Below, piece after piece: positions 19,201 to 28,444 of a stretch of DNA of 34,523 bases. Location: the NCBI GenBank assembly GCA_041694835.1, contig JBGFRZ010000060.1, positions 1-34,523 on the forward strand, in the 5' to 3' direction. The position numbers were made by a program, and so were the translations under genes. The notes under the pieces were generated by a model. The model was given only the letters and a program-made list of their open reading frames with translations, was not told where the DNA came from and ran no database searches. This stretch comes from Ignavibacteria bacterium (lineage in GTDB: Bacteria; Elusimicrobiota; Endomicrobiia; PHAN01). Numbering within the stretch: position 1 is the stretch's first letter; each line of letters starts with the position of its first letter.

Positions 19201-21249
19201 CGGCCAAACTTGAACAACATTTCACAGATTAAAGCGGGGATGAAAAGCGACTTGACCGTCACCGGCGAGCTCTGGCTAAACGAGCTCTTCGTGGAAGAGA
19301 CATTCAAGAAAGAGGGGACGGCTTATAGGGTGAATGCTGATTTAAACGTTCCAGGATGGGCGATATTAGGCGCCAGAAAAAAGGAGATAAGCAGGGATTT
19401 CGAAACTTTTAGTGGCGGATTGACGAACCAGGACAGGCTTGAGGAAAGCGGTTATTTCAACATACCCCAGTTTTGGCTTTTCAAGCCTTCCTTTTTAAAG
19501 TGGATATCGATGCCCGTTAACACATCCCTTTCAAAAACCCTCACGATAACGCCGGCGGCTATTGAGACTCGCGGCGATCTCGTTTCAATTATGGAAGAAG
19601 GCAGGGTTTTAAATTTGACGGGTTCAGCGGATACGTCTCTAGGCATAAGATATTTGCCGCATCTCGCGGGAAGGTACACCCGCTCAATTACGGACACCAA
19701 ACAGATAAAAAGGCTTGAAGACAAGGAAACTATTTCGGGAAACGCCTCTTACTCGCCGCCGAGGTTTGTGTTTTTTCCAACTCTGATAAGCGGCAATTAT
19801 TCCGTCGGATATTCATATTTCAGGGCATGGCGGCATATTGAGAAGATGGAAGATTATATTAAGATAAAAGATTTTTTTTCCCTCGAGGAGGCGAATTCTT
19901 GGAGTGTTCAATCTCCTTTTCAGTTCTGGGATATTTTAAGTTTAAATCCCTCTTTTTCAAGGGGAGACATAACCGAAGAAAAAGAAGGGGTCGTTATGAG
20001 AGACGGGGTCACCAAAAGGTACCTTAAGTCGCAGAGCCAGACAGCGTCGGTGAGCGGAACACTGAGGCTTCTAAACTTTTTCCAGCCCGGATTTTCTTAC
20101 TCGATAAATACGAATGAAAATTTTAACCTGCGTTACTCAACGCCGGTGAGTTTTCCATCGGAAACAAAATCGATTATACGGAGCGGTTCGGCGGAGGTGA
20201 CATGGAATTTTAACTTCCGGGATTTAACAACGTTTGCTCATACAAGCTCGCTGGCACTAAATTCTTCTTACAGAATAACGGATGGCGATTTATATGACAA
20301 TGTCGCAAGTACCTACAACGTCAGGGATAAGCTTTGGATAAGGGATGAACTGCCCGGTTTATATGATAAAAGAAGAAATCTGACTCAGTCAGACACAACG
20401 AGGATTTCGGGGAGATGGAACCCTCTTGAGGCCGTGGATTTCCTGGGCCGACTAAGGCCGTGGAAAACGCTTGGCACCAACTTCACCTATTCGAAATCAA
20501 ACGAGTTCTCCGATACGACGGGCACTCAAAGGAAGTCTTACACGCTTAACTGGCCCGATCTTCTCTTTACACTTTCCGAAGTCGAGCACCTCCTCCATCT
20601 CGAAAAATACACTTCAGGGAGTGTCATTAATTATAAGACCGCCAGCAGAAGATCCGAGACGATAGGTCAGATATCTTCGGAGGCGTCGAATTACGGAGTG
20701 GAGTACAGAACGAATCTTTTCAAAAAATACGACCTGAACATTAATTACAACGAATCTGCAGGGGCGGATACGAACTTAAAATTAAATCAAAAGACGAAGA
20801 GGGACAGAACTTATGGCTATGCTATCCAAACCGGATTTTATCTCGGCAAATGGAGAATAACAGCACGTTATGACGAAAGCCAGAGCCGCTCCTGGGACGG
20901 ATTCAACAGACTCACCGTCGACAATTTTTCAAGAAAACCATCAATCGCCGCTTATTGGGATTACACTTCGCCCCTCGGGATAAGAATACCAATAATAGGT
21001 CAAACGCTCCCGCTCACAAACAGATTCACATTCAATACGAATTTCAATCTTACCCAGAATCGCTCCTCCATAAATTATGAAAGGGGAAACACGGACACTT
21101 ACAATCTCAACTTCGTCGGCGACTACGAGGCTACGGCAAACTTCAGGCTTGCTGTGGGTGGCGGCTTTGGCTATCACAGAAACCTTGTGCAGAGATATGA
21201 GGACAACTATCAGATAAACATAAACTCGCGCCTTACAATTCAATTCTGA
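16156..21249 (+). CDS. Very large outer-membrane beta-barrel protein, SprA-like (T9SS translocon homolog); start uncertain
   Basis: QVRIKGQVGRKI..YKGDPEEVIQ..FG..LFGAK region and repeated DTEDxxGDG motifs resemble SprA; amphipathic strands; C-terminal Phe; signal-like segment ending LYA-TE. Confidence 0.7.
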   Translation: MIERKLKVLMDTKNHRKFLTGFVAHVTIHQLPVVSCQPPSPIPYPLSPVYYLLSTCFLLLVSYFSLYATEPLKYNQKLWNEMMRRVEYGDIYEVKATTPSAHPSAQPLPPGLAVDLPYESAISISGRKLISVNLKMTQYLNPQEARAKNILPSRTDIEMKQELQVRIKGQVGRKIMVNIDFDDTTAEKRDISVAYKGDPEEVIQEAAFGDITMALPQTEFVGYSRQLFGAKVDAKYRNIRFIGFGSKTKGQSDLKRFTGNTALERREINDTSYIRFKYYRLAFGNDAIKRGSEKIYLDDRNPANNNITTSSMTVALTAGSTFYGSFDLLVPGQDYTVDYENGVVYFRKSILANYVIAVDYEKVSGGFLRNDVPLIGAPKILKDENNVKSAELKNYYSIGRNKLIRDNGRGNFILKIQDLNRNDVAFIGGIAAPKYPQDIEVDFEQGYFYFKSTTTPFLPDAYKVTPVSSYRIFLEYRYRFKTFQLRPGIVPHSEKVVMDGKTLVRDSDYFIDYDSGYITFYNEEKITENTVIEISYDYSLFGAAVGTTIVGMRGEVMLTPKIFVGSSYLYEFATQSQTLPDIKSTPASLGIWEVDSRITDIKIPFLNWGFSVGGEFAQSKRDPNTVGKAMVESMEGIKQEDHLSMFKDFWKYGVATYRYYNTDVSWSNEELYLRDINPNIDPSVAEKRQVLVVNYNTAVSSEVAIQQSISKTGLDFSKKIYLEAWIYGNKPTEISFDVGSMSEDIDGDGILDTEDKNGDGLLNQGEDTGISFLNPDGKTVIIGKGNNRLDTEDIDGDGVLRKIDALAGRYSGINLSGGKWEFIRIPLVISDEIKWQAVKQLRMKIKGSQSGQLKISQISFVGNRWEKGFATAGSTVSVSAINNEEDKNYKEKSLLSHPEYQKLYDITDRTLRIRREQALSIKYQIVSGTVSTRVVYSRPYDFSRYKKFKFFLYGDGRGGTFFIQAGNESNYFEFSIPVTWIGWEVITLEQVDKNRDGKPDVWESKMLNSNVRIVGRPNLNNISQIKAGMKSDLTVTGELWLNELFVEETFKKEGTAYRVNADLNVPGWAILGARKKEISRDFETFSGGLTNQDRLEESGYFNIPQFWLFKPSFLKWISMPVNTSLSKTLTITPAAIETRGDLVSIMEEGRVLNLTGSADTSLGIRYLPHLAGRYTRSITDTKQIKRLEDKETISGNASYSPPRFVFFPTLISGNYSVGYSYFRAWRHIEKMEDYIKIKDFFSLEEANSWSVQSPFQFWDILSLNPSFSRGDITEEKEGVVMRDGVTKRYLKSQSQTASVSGTLRLLNFFQPGFSYSINTNENFNLRYSTPVSFPSETKSIIRSGSAEVTWNFNFRDLTTFAHTSSLALNSSYRITDGDLYDNVASTYNVRDKLWIRDELPGLYDKRRNLTQSDTTRISGRWNPLEAVDFLGRLRPWKTLGTNFTYSKSNEFSDTTGTQRKSYTLNWPDLLFTLSEVEHLLHLEKYTSGSVINYKTASRRSETIGQISSEASNYGVEYRTNLFKKYDLNINYNESAGADTNLKLNQKTKRDRTYGYAIQTGFYLGKWRITARYDESQSRSWDGFNRLTVDNFSRKPSIAAYWDYTSPLGIRIPIIGQTLPLTNRFTFNTNFNLTQNRSSINYERGNTDTYNLNFVGDYEATANFRLAVGGGFGYHRNLVQRYEDNYQININSRLTIQF

Positions 21250-21968
21250 TGTTTATAAAAAAAATTGTTCAAGGAGTGGCCAACTTTCTTTTTCCGATTA
21301 TATGCTCTTCCTGCGGCAATCTGATGCCTTCAGACGACAAATACAGGTTGTGCGAAAATTGCTTCAGGAGTTTAAAATTTATTTCTGACGGACTCTACTG
21401 CGTAAGATGCGGAAGATTTCTTCCGTCTGGGGGCGCACATTGCCGCAGCTGCAGAAGCGAAAAATTCCACTTTGAGTTTATTCGCTCGGCAGTTCTTTAC
21501 GAAGGCGTAGCCAGAGATCTTATACACAAATTCAAGTACAGAGGAGCGGAGTATCTTAAGCATCTTTTCGGGAAGATTCTCGCAGAAGAAGCAAAAAAGC
21601 ACGAGGAGATTGCAAATTGCGATTTTTTGCTCCCCGTTCCGCTGCACAGACTTAAAAAAATCTTGAGAGGTTACAATCAGAGCGAGCTCATCGCTTCGGT
21701 ATTGGCGAAAAATCTTGGGAAGAGCTTTTTGAAAGACGTTCTTATAAAAACAAGATATACGAGACAGCAGGCAAAACTTAAAAAGAGCGAAAGAAGAAAA
21801 AATGTACTAGACGCTTTTCGCGTCGTTAAGGATGATGCCATAAGAGGAAAAAATCTGCTTCTGATAGATGATGTGGCCACCACGGGCGCAACCATTGAGT
21901 GCTGTGCGGCTATTTTGCGACGGGCCGGGTCGGGAAAAGTATACTGCCTGACAGTGGCGCGCGATTGA
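21249..21968 (+). CDS. comF: ComF family protein (zinc ribbon + phosphoribosyltransferase fold)
   Basis: CxxC pairs, PVPLH, RGYNQS, LLIDDVATTGAT. Confidence 0.92.
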   Translation: MFIKKIVQGVANFLFPIICSSCGNLMPSDDKYRLCENCFRSLKFISDGLYCVRCGRFLPSGGAHCRSCRSEKFHFEFIRSAVLYEGVARDLIHKFKYRGAEYLKHLFGKILAEEAKKHEEIANCDFLLPVPLHRLKKILRGYNQSELIASVLAKNLGKSFLKDVLIKTRYTRQQAKLKKSERRKNVLDAFRVVKDDAIRGKNLLLIDDVATTGATIECCAAILRRAGSGKVYCLTVARD

Positions 21969-22132
21969 CCTCGTTCAGAAATTACAGCGAACTTTGCGGT
22001 TGATTTTTTTTTTATATTTTGATATCATAATTAAAATATCATAATCAAAGTAAAATTCGCAGATGGCAGATAGTGAGAAGATGAAAAGCAACTGGTGTCT
22101 GAGGAAAAAAACATTCTAAATCTCCTCGATAT

Positions 22133-22425
22133 ATGAGACCGCTGAAAGACCTCACCACAGAGGCACCAGGAACACAGAGAAAAAACTTTACCACGAAAGC
22201 ACGAAAGTTAGAAATCACGAAAAAAATAATCCCCCTATTTCCCCCTTTAATAAAGGGGGAAGCGAAGCAGGGGGATTTACAGTGACTTGTGCACTTGTGC
22301 TCTTATGCCTTGTGCACTTGTGCAGACCAAGGTCTGCAACTACAAAACTTGTGCTTTGTTGCAAAAAATTTCTTACACATTTTTTTGTGTCTTGTGTGGT
22401 AGAAGAACTTTTTCAATAATCTCAT
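22133..22425. repeat. Composite of nested small repeats and palindromes
   Basis: Outer imperfect IR ATGAGACCGCTGAAAGA/TTTTTCAATAATCTCAT. Inside: a CCCCCTTT/AAAGGGGG hairpin (22228-22277), a cttgtgc-type tract and a GTAG-REP (22321-22343). Confidence 0.65.
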
Positions 22426-22427
22426 AC

Positions 22428-22617
22428 ATCGGGGATGCGACAGAATATACCTTTTAAGAGGGGTTCAGCGAGCGTTCGCCGAAAAGGCGAAAAGCGAGCG
22501 ACGAAGAAATGGGGAGATTATCTCCCCTTGTGGAGCACCGAGCGAAGGACATTTCCTTTCGAAGCGAGGCGATGTTTTAATTCGTCCCCGATAGTGAAAC
22601 ATATCGGGGATGCGACA
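22428..22617. repeat. Element bounded by a 15-bp direct repeat plus an inverted copy
   Basis: ATCGGGGATGCGACA at 22428-22442 and 22603-22617; TCGTCCCCGAT at 22582-22592. Confidence 0.7.
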
Positions 22618-22621
22618 TTAG

Positions 22622-23680
<1,059 letters not shown>

Positions 23681-23683
<3 letters not shown>

Positions 23684-23815
23684 AGGACAGAGATGAGAGG
23701 ACAGAGGTCAGAGACGAGAGGAGAGAGGTCAGGGAATGGAAATTTTTATTCAATTCCTTGTCCCCTATCCTCTATTCTCTATACGCTATTCTTTCATCTC
23801 TCACCCCTCATCTCT
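23681..23815. repeat. Inverted heptamer tandem repeat tract
   Basis: TAGAGGA CAGAGAT GAGAGGA CAGAGGT CAGAGAC GAGAGGA GAGAGGT CAGGGAA, then a tcccctа/tcctcta/ttctcta/tctctca pyrimidine arm. Confidence 0.88.
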
Positions 23816-23856
23816 ATTTGCTGTTCGCTACCGCTAAAGGCGGTCAGGAGTGAAAT

Positions 23857-25047
23857 ATGGCAAAAATATCAGTCAAAGAAGTAGAAGTTAAAAACAAGAA
23901 AGTTCTTGTCCGGGTGGACTTCAACGTTCCGCTTGATGCCGACGGGAATATAGCGAACGACAAAAGGCTCCAGGCGGTCGCCCCGACTATAAAATATCTA
24001 CTTGAGCAAGGCGCTGCCATTATTCTTATGTCCCATCTTGGCCGCCCGAATGGAAAAGTTGTTCCATCACTCTCCTTAAAGCCGGTTGCGGCCAGACTCG
24101 GTGAGATATTAAAAAAAGAAGTGAAATTCGCAAACGACTGCGTTGGCAGGGAAGTCAGAAAAGCGGTGCAGGAGTTGAAGTCGGGCGAGATACTCCTTCT
24201 TGAAAATCTTAGATTTCACCCCGAAGAGGAGAAAAACGACGGCAAATTCGCAAAGGAGCTCGCCTCCCTGGGCGAGGTTTTTGTTCAGGAAGCTTTCGGG
24301 ACGGTGCACAGAGCTCACGCTTCAACCTTTGGAATTACGAAATATCTTAATTCATGCATCGGATTTCTTGTCGAGAAAGAGATTAATTTTCTTGAAGGCA
24401 TGATGAATCCGCCGAGGCCTTTTGTCGCTATAATCGGCGGGGCGAAAATTTCGGACAAAATAGGAATACTTGCAAATCTCGCCGACAAGGTAAACGCCCT
24501 TGTCATTGGCGGAGCGATGGCTTACACATTCCTTCTTGCGAAAAATATAAAAGTTGGGAATTTCCTCGTTGAATTAGATAAAGTCGAAAAAGCCAGAGAA
24601 ATATTACTAAAAGCGCTTGCCGCTAAATGCAGGGTGATACTTCCAATAGATCATGTGATTGCGACAAAGATCGAAAATGGCGCCGAGTTCAAAATTACGC
24701 AGGATATAGACATACCCGACGGGTGGCTCGGTGTAGATATAGGACCCAATAGCATTTCACGTATCGCTCCCATAATTGCAGAGGCGCAGACCATACTCTG
24801 GAACGGCCCGGTCGGAGTTTTTGAGATTGACGAGTTTTCAAAAGGCACTATTGAGATAGCAAAGTATGTGGCGAAAGCCACCGAAGCGGGCGCCGCCTCC
24901 ATAGTTGGAGGTGGCGATTCGATATCAGCCGTAAAAAAGGCGGGAGTTGCCAAAAAAATTACTCATATATCAACCGGCGGAGGGGCGTCGCTGGAATTTC
25001 TTGAAGGAAAACCACTGCCCGGCATTGACGCGATAGCGGATAAATGA
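23857..25047 (+). CDS. pgk: Phosphoglycerate kinase
   Basis: RVDFNVP, SHLGRP, LLENLRF, WNGPVGVFE, HISTGGGASLE. Confidence 0.98.
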   Translation: MAKISVKEVEVKNKKVLVRVDFNVPLDADGNIANDKRLQAVAPTIKYLLEQGAAIILMSHLGRPNGKVVPSLSLKPVAARLGEILKKEVKFANDCVGREVRKAVQELKSGEILLLENLRFHPEEEKNDGKFAKELASLGEVFVQEAFGTVHRAHASTFGITKYLNSCIGFLVEKEINFLEGMMNPPRPFVAIIGGAKISDKIGILANLADKVNALVIGGAMAYTFLLAKNIKVGNFLVELDKVEKAREILLKALAAKCRVILPIDHVIATKIENGAEFKITQDIDIPDGWLGVDIGPNSISRIAPIIAEAQTILWNGPVGVFEIDEFSKGTIEIAKYVAKATEAGAASIVGGGDSISAVKKAGVAKKITHISTGGGASLEFLEGKPLPGIDAIADK

Positions 25048-25050
25048 AAT

Positions 25051-25200
25051 AGTAGATGGTAGAAGGTAGAATGGAGACGGGAGAAAGGTAGACGAGAAAA
25101 GAGCAGTATGTAGTAGATAGTATGTAGTATGCAGGGTGAAGGGGAATAAAGCAAAATCTGTCCCCTATTCCCTGTCCTCCTACTTACTATTCGCTATCAT
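25051..25200. repeat. Heptamer tandem repeat tract
   Basis: tagatgg tagaagg tagaatg gagacgg gagaaag; tatgtag tagatag tatgtag; then tccccta ttccctg tcctcct. Confidence 0.85.
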
Positions 25201-25222
25201 TTTCTTTCTTTCTCTTTTTAAT

Positions 25223-26440
25223 ATGCTTGAACAAGAGTTTATAAAAAAACTTGTTGTAAAAAACGAGAAGAAAATCGTGCTCCTGGTGGCGGACGGTCTC
25301 GGAGGTCTCCCTCATCCGGAGCTAAAAAAAACCGAGCTTGAGATATCCAAACACGAATATCTCGACGAACTTGCGTCAAAATCTGACTGCGGCTTGCATG
25401 AACCGGTTTTCCCGGGAATAACTCCGGGGAGCGGGCCTGCACATTTGGGTATTTTTGGTTACAACCCGCTGAAATATGAAATTGGACGCGGCTTACTTGA
25501 TTCCCTCGGAATTGATTTTGGGTTTCAGCCTGGCGATCTCGCCGCCAGAGGAAATTACGCCACCTCGGATGAAAATGGAATTATTACCGACCGTCGTGCG
25601 GGAAGAATCTCTACGGATATAAACATAAAACTCTCCAAGCTTCTCGACGGTGTCGAGCTCGACGGCGTTAAAGCATTTGTTTTGCCCGTAAAAGAGCACC
25701 GTTTCGCTGTTGTTTTCAGACCTTCCCCGGGTAAGATTCTATCAGATAAAATTTCCGATTCGGACCCACAGAAAGAAGGTCTTAAAGCTCTTTGCTCAAA
25801 TCCGTTTTCCGAAGAGTCAAATTTTTCGGCATTTGTCGTCAATAAATTTATAGAGATGGCAAATCGGAAGTTAAAAGATTCACATCCCGCCAACTCAATA
25901 CTTCTGCGGGGTTTTGCAAACATGCTTGATATCCCCTCTTTTTCTGAGATATATCAGCTTAAATCGCTCTGCATAGCCGCTTATCCGATGTACAAAGGAC
26001 TTTCGCGTCTTGTAGGAATGGATGTAATAAATGGCTGCGACACTGTGAAAGGCGAGTTTGACGCTCTAAAATCAAATTTTGAAAAGTATGATTTCTTTTT
26101 TGTTCATATAAAAGGAACTGATTCCGCAGGAGAGGACGGCGATTTCGCCAGAAAAGTAAAAGTGATTGAAGAGTTAGATTTATATATTCCCGAAGTTCTC
26201 GATTTAAAACCCGATGTTTTGGTCGTTACAGGTGACCACTCTACACCTTCGTTAATGCATGGTCACTCGTGGCATTCTGTTCCGCTTATGATTTACTCGA
26301 AGTTTTCAAGATTTAATTTGGAAGTAAAAAGATTTACGGAAAATGACTGCCTTAAAGGCTCTCTCGGAAGGATAAATTCGCAAAGCATAATGACTATAGC
26401 TCTGTCTTCGGCTCAGAAGCTCGCGAAATACGGAGCATAA
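25223..26440 (+). CDS. apgM: 2,3-bisphosphoglycerate-independent phosphoglycerate mutase (archaeal-type ApgM)
   Basis: LLVADGLGG, TPGSGPAHL, DRRAGRI, TDSAGEDG, TGDHSTP; the upstream ORF extension is translated repeat. Confidence 0.9.
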   Translation: MLEQEFIKKLVVKNEKKIVLLVADGLGGLPHPELKKTELEISKHEYLDELASKSDCGLHEPVFPGITPGSGPAHLGIFGYNPLKYEIGRGLLDSLGIDFGFQPGDLAARGNYATSDENGIITDRRAGRISTDINIKLSKLLDGVELDGVKAFVLPVKEHRFAVVFRPSPGKILSDKISDSDPQKEGLKALCSNPFSEESNFSAFVVNKFIEMANRKLKDSHPANSILLRGFANMLDIPSFSEIYQLKSLCIAAYPMYKGLSRLVGMDVINGCDTVKGEFDALKSNFEKYDFFFVHIKGTDSAGEDGDFARKVKVIEELDLYIPEVLDLKPDVLVVTGDHSTPSLMHGHSWHSVPLMIYSKFSRFNLEVKRFTENDCLKGSLGRINSQSIMTIALSSAQKLAKYGA

Positions 26441-26453
26441 ATTCAGAGGTTTT

Positions 26454-26720
26454 ATGTATTCTCTTATTAAAGTTATTCACATAGTGGTTTCGGTTATTCT
26501 TGTTCTGATAATACTTCTCCAGTCGGGGAAGGGAGCAGGACTTTCCGGGCTCCTCGGCGGTGGCGGAGGCGAACAGCTTTTCAGCGCGCCGTCGGGAGGA
26601 AGTTTCTTGAGAAAAGTGACGATAACGCTTGCGGTTATATTCATACTTACAAGTTTGTCAATGACATTCATGGCGTCTAAAAAATACTATCGGAGCGTCA
26701 CCGTAACCGAGCAACGTTGA
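26454..26720 (+). CDS. secG: Preprotein translocase subunit SecG
   Basis: ILLQSGKGAGL..GGG; two TM helices; followed by tRNA-Leu(GAG). Confidence 0.95.
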   Translation: MYSLIKVIHIVVSVILVLIILLQSGKGAGLSGLLGGGGGEQLFSAPSGGSFLRKVTITLAVIFILTSLSMTFMASKKYYRSVTVTEQR

Positions 26721-26725
26721 GTTTT

Positions 26726-26807
26726 GCCGGGATGGCGGAACTGGCAGACGCGTACGTTTGAGGGGCGTATGGGTTACCCCGTGTGGGTTCAACTCCCACT
26801 CCCGGCA
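26726..26807 (+). tRNA. tRNA-Leu(GAG)
   Basis: GCCGGGA/TCCCGGC acceptor stem, TACGT-TTGAGGG-GCGTA anticodon arm, long variable arm, GTTCAAC T-loop; CCA not encoded. Confidence 0.95.
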
Positions 26808-26867
26808 TGATGGCGGTTTCGCGCCGACCGCAGAGCTCCAAAAACTTTTCTGGGCAGGGAGAAAATT

Positions 26868-27527
26868 ATGATAAAGATAAAGATTCCCAGTTTTATGCTG
26901 CCGAAAGGCGCTCAACTGAAGATTAAGGAGAAAGGCGCCCCAGAAAAGATAAATGCCATCATCGACAGCCAACTGAAAAAAAAATCGGCCGAAGCTTTGG
27001 TGGAATCCCTCGGCGACACCGACCCTTTTGTGAGATCCATCTCGGCGGAAGTTTTGGGAAAGATGAAAGAACGGAGGGCGGTAGCCGAACTGATAAGATG
27101 CCTGAAGGATCATTCCAAATATGTGAGGGAAAAAGCGGCGATAGCGCTCGGACACATAGGAGAAAAGATTGCCGTCGTGCCGTTGATAGAGGCGTTGGGC
27201 GACGAAAGCGAGGAGGTGCGAGTGACAGTTGCCGGCGTCCTTGGTCATCTAAAGGACAGAATAGCGGTTCCCGCCTTGATTCACTCCCTCAAAGATCCCA
27301 GCCCCCTCGCAAGGATGAAAGCGGCTATTTCCCTCGGAATAATAGGCGATCCACATGCCGTCACTCCGCTTTATCAGGCGATATCCGATTCCAACGATCT
27401 TGTAAGAAAGTATGCGTGTGAAGCACTCGGTCACATAGGGAGAGCGGCTATACCGGCGCTTCTTATGGCTTTGAAGGACGACAAGGTAAAAGCCCACGCC
27501 GCCCAGGCGCTGGTCAAGATAAAATGA
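26868..27527 (+). CDS. HEAT/PBS-lyase repeat protein
   Basis: Tandem ~31-aa units L.D....VR..AA..LG.IG...AV..L. Confidence 0.9.
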   Translation: MIKIKIPSFMLPKGAQLKIKEKGAPEKINAIIDSQLKKKSAEALVESLGDTDPFVRSISAEVLGKMKERRAVAELIRCLKDHSKYVREKAAIALGHIGEKIAVVPLIEALGDESEEVRVTVAGVLGHLKDRIAVPALIHSLKDPSPLARMKAAISLGIIGDPHAVTPLYQAISDSNDLVRKYACEALGHIGRAAIPALLMALKDDKVKAHAAQALVKIK

Positions 27528-27549
27528 ACTTTCCCCCAAATATAAAATC

Positions 27550-28179
27550 ATGGGAAAATTTCCGAAGCTTTTAAAAAGGATAATAAGGGTTAGACCCAAA
27601 GCAGTCGGGCCAGGTCAGGAATCATCTCCGATGGGGACAGCCGAATCTATAGAGAAAAATCTTAAAAACCCCGACCCGCTTATAAGGGCGCTGAGCATAG
27701 AGATCGCCGGGAAAATAAAAGAGAAAAGTTCAGTAAGAGCGCTGAGAGATCTTCTAAAAGATCCTCTGCATGTAATAAGGCAGAAAGCCGCGATGTCTCT
27801 CGGGAAAATAGGTGCACGCGGCGCCGTTGGCGATCTTATAAAACTACTTGCCGACGAGAGTGAGGAGGTTAGAATCACCGCCGCCGGCGTCCTTGGGCTT
27901 CTCAGGGACAGGGAAGCCGTTCCCGCCCTGATACTCGCTCTTCAGGAGAAAAATCCGCAGATAAAAATGAAGGCGGCAATTTCTTTGGGGCTAATAGGCG
28001 ACAAAAAGGCTGTTAAATCTCTTTCAGAGCTTCTTAAGGACGAAAACGAACTTGTCAGGAAATATGCCATAGATGCTCTCGGCAACATCGGTCGTCCCGC
28101 AATATCCGTTTTACTGGAATCGCTTAATGATGAAAGAACCAGAGCTTCCGCCATGGAAGTGTTGCTCAAGATAAAGTAG
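27550..28179 (+). CDS. HEAT/PBS-lyase repeat protein (paralog of the upstream gene)
   Basis: Same repeat; shares DESEEVR.T.AGVLG, MKAAISLG.IGD and LVRKYA with the upstream gene. Confidence 0.9.
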   Translation: MGKFPKLLKRIIRVRPKAVGPGQESSPMGTAESIEKNLKNPDPLIRALSIEIAGKIKEKSSVRALRDLLKDPLHVIRQKAAMSLGKIGARGAVGDLIKLLADESEEVRITAAGVLGLLRDREAVPALILALQEKNPQIKMKAAISLGLIGDKKAVKSLSELLKDENELVRKYAIDALGNIGRPAISVLLESLNDERTRASAMEVLLKIK

Positions 28180-28249
28180 AGAAATCAAAATATAATTCAA
28201 GAATATTATTCCTTCGGCGTTAACACTTCGAAAATAGCTTAAAAAACGA

Positions 28250-28440
28250 GGGTCTTCTCCATTTTTTGTTGTGCGTATAAAAACAAAGTGTTTGAGCGGG
28301 TTTAATCAAGTGTGAACACTTGATTACCTCGCAGTCCCGATTTATCGGGACGAGAATGAGCGAAAATACTTTATTTTTACACATCATAGCGGTATTGCAA
28401 AATCCTTACCCAATGTTACAACAACATTTGGAGAAGAGCC
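28250..28440. mobile_element. ISL3-like MITE (191 bp)
   Basis: Ends GGGTCTTCTCCA / TGGAGAAGAGCC; 8-bp flanks AAAAACGA / AAAAATGA (7 of 8 identical). Confidence 0.7.
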
Positions 28441-28444
28441 AAAA

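Noticed and set aside
22000-22028. Promoter TTGATT-17-TATCAT upstream of gap
   Set aside because: Lies in a very AT-rich run about 600 bp from the start codon; the match could be chance
26726-28440. Genomic island integrated at tRNA-Leu
   Set aside because: No integrase and no duplicated tRNA 3' end seen; only a MITE-like element
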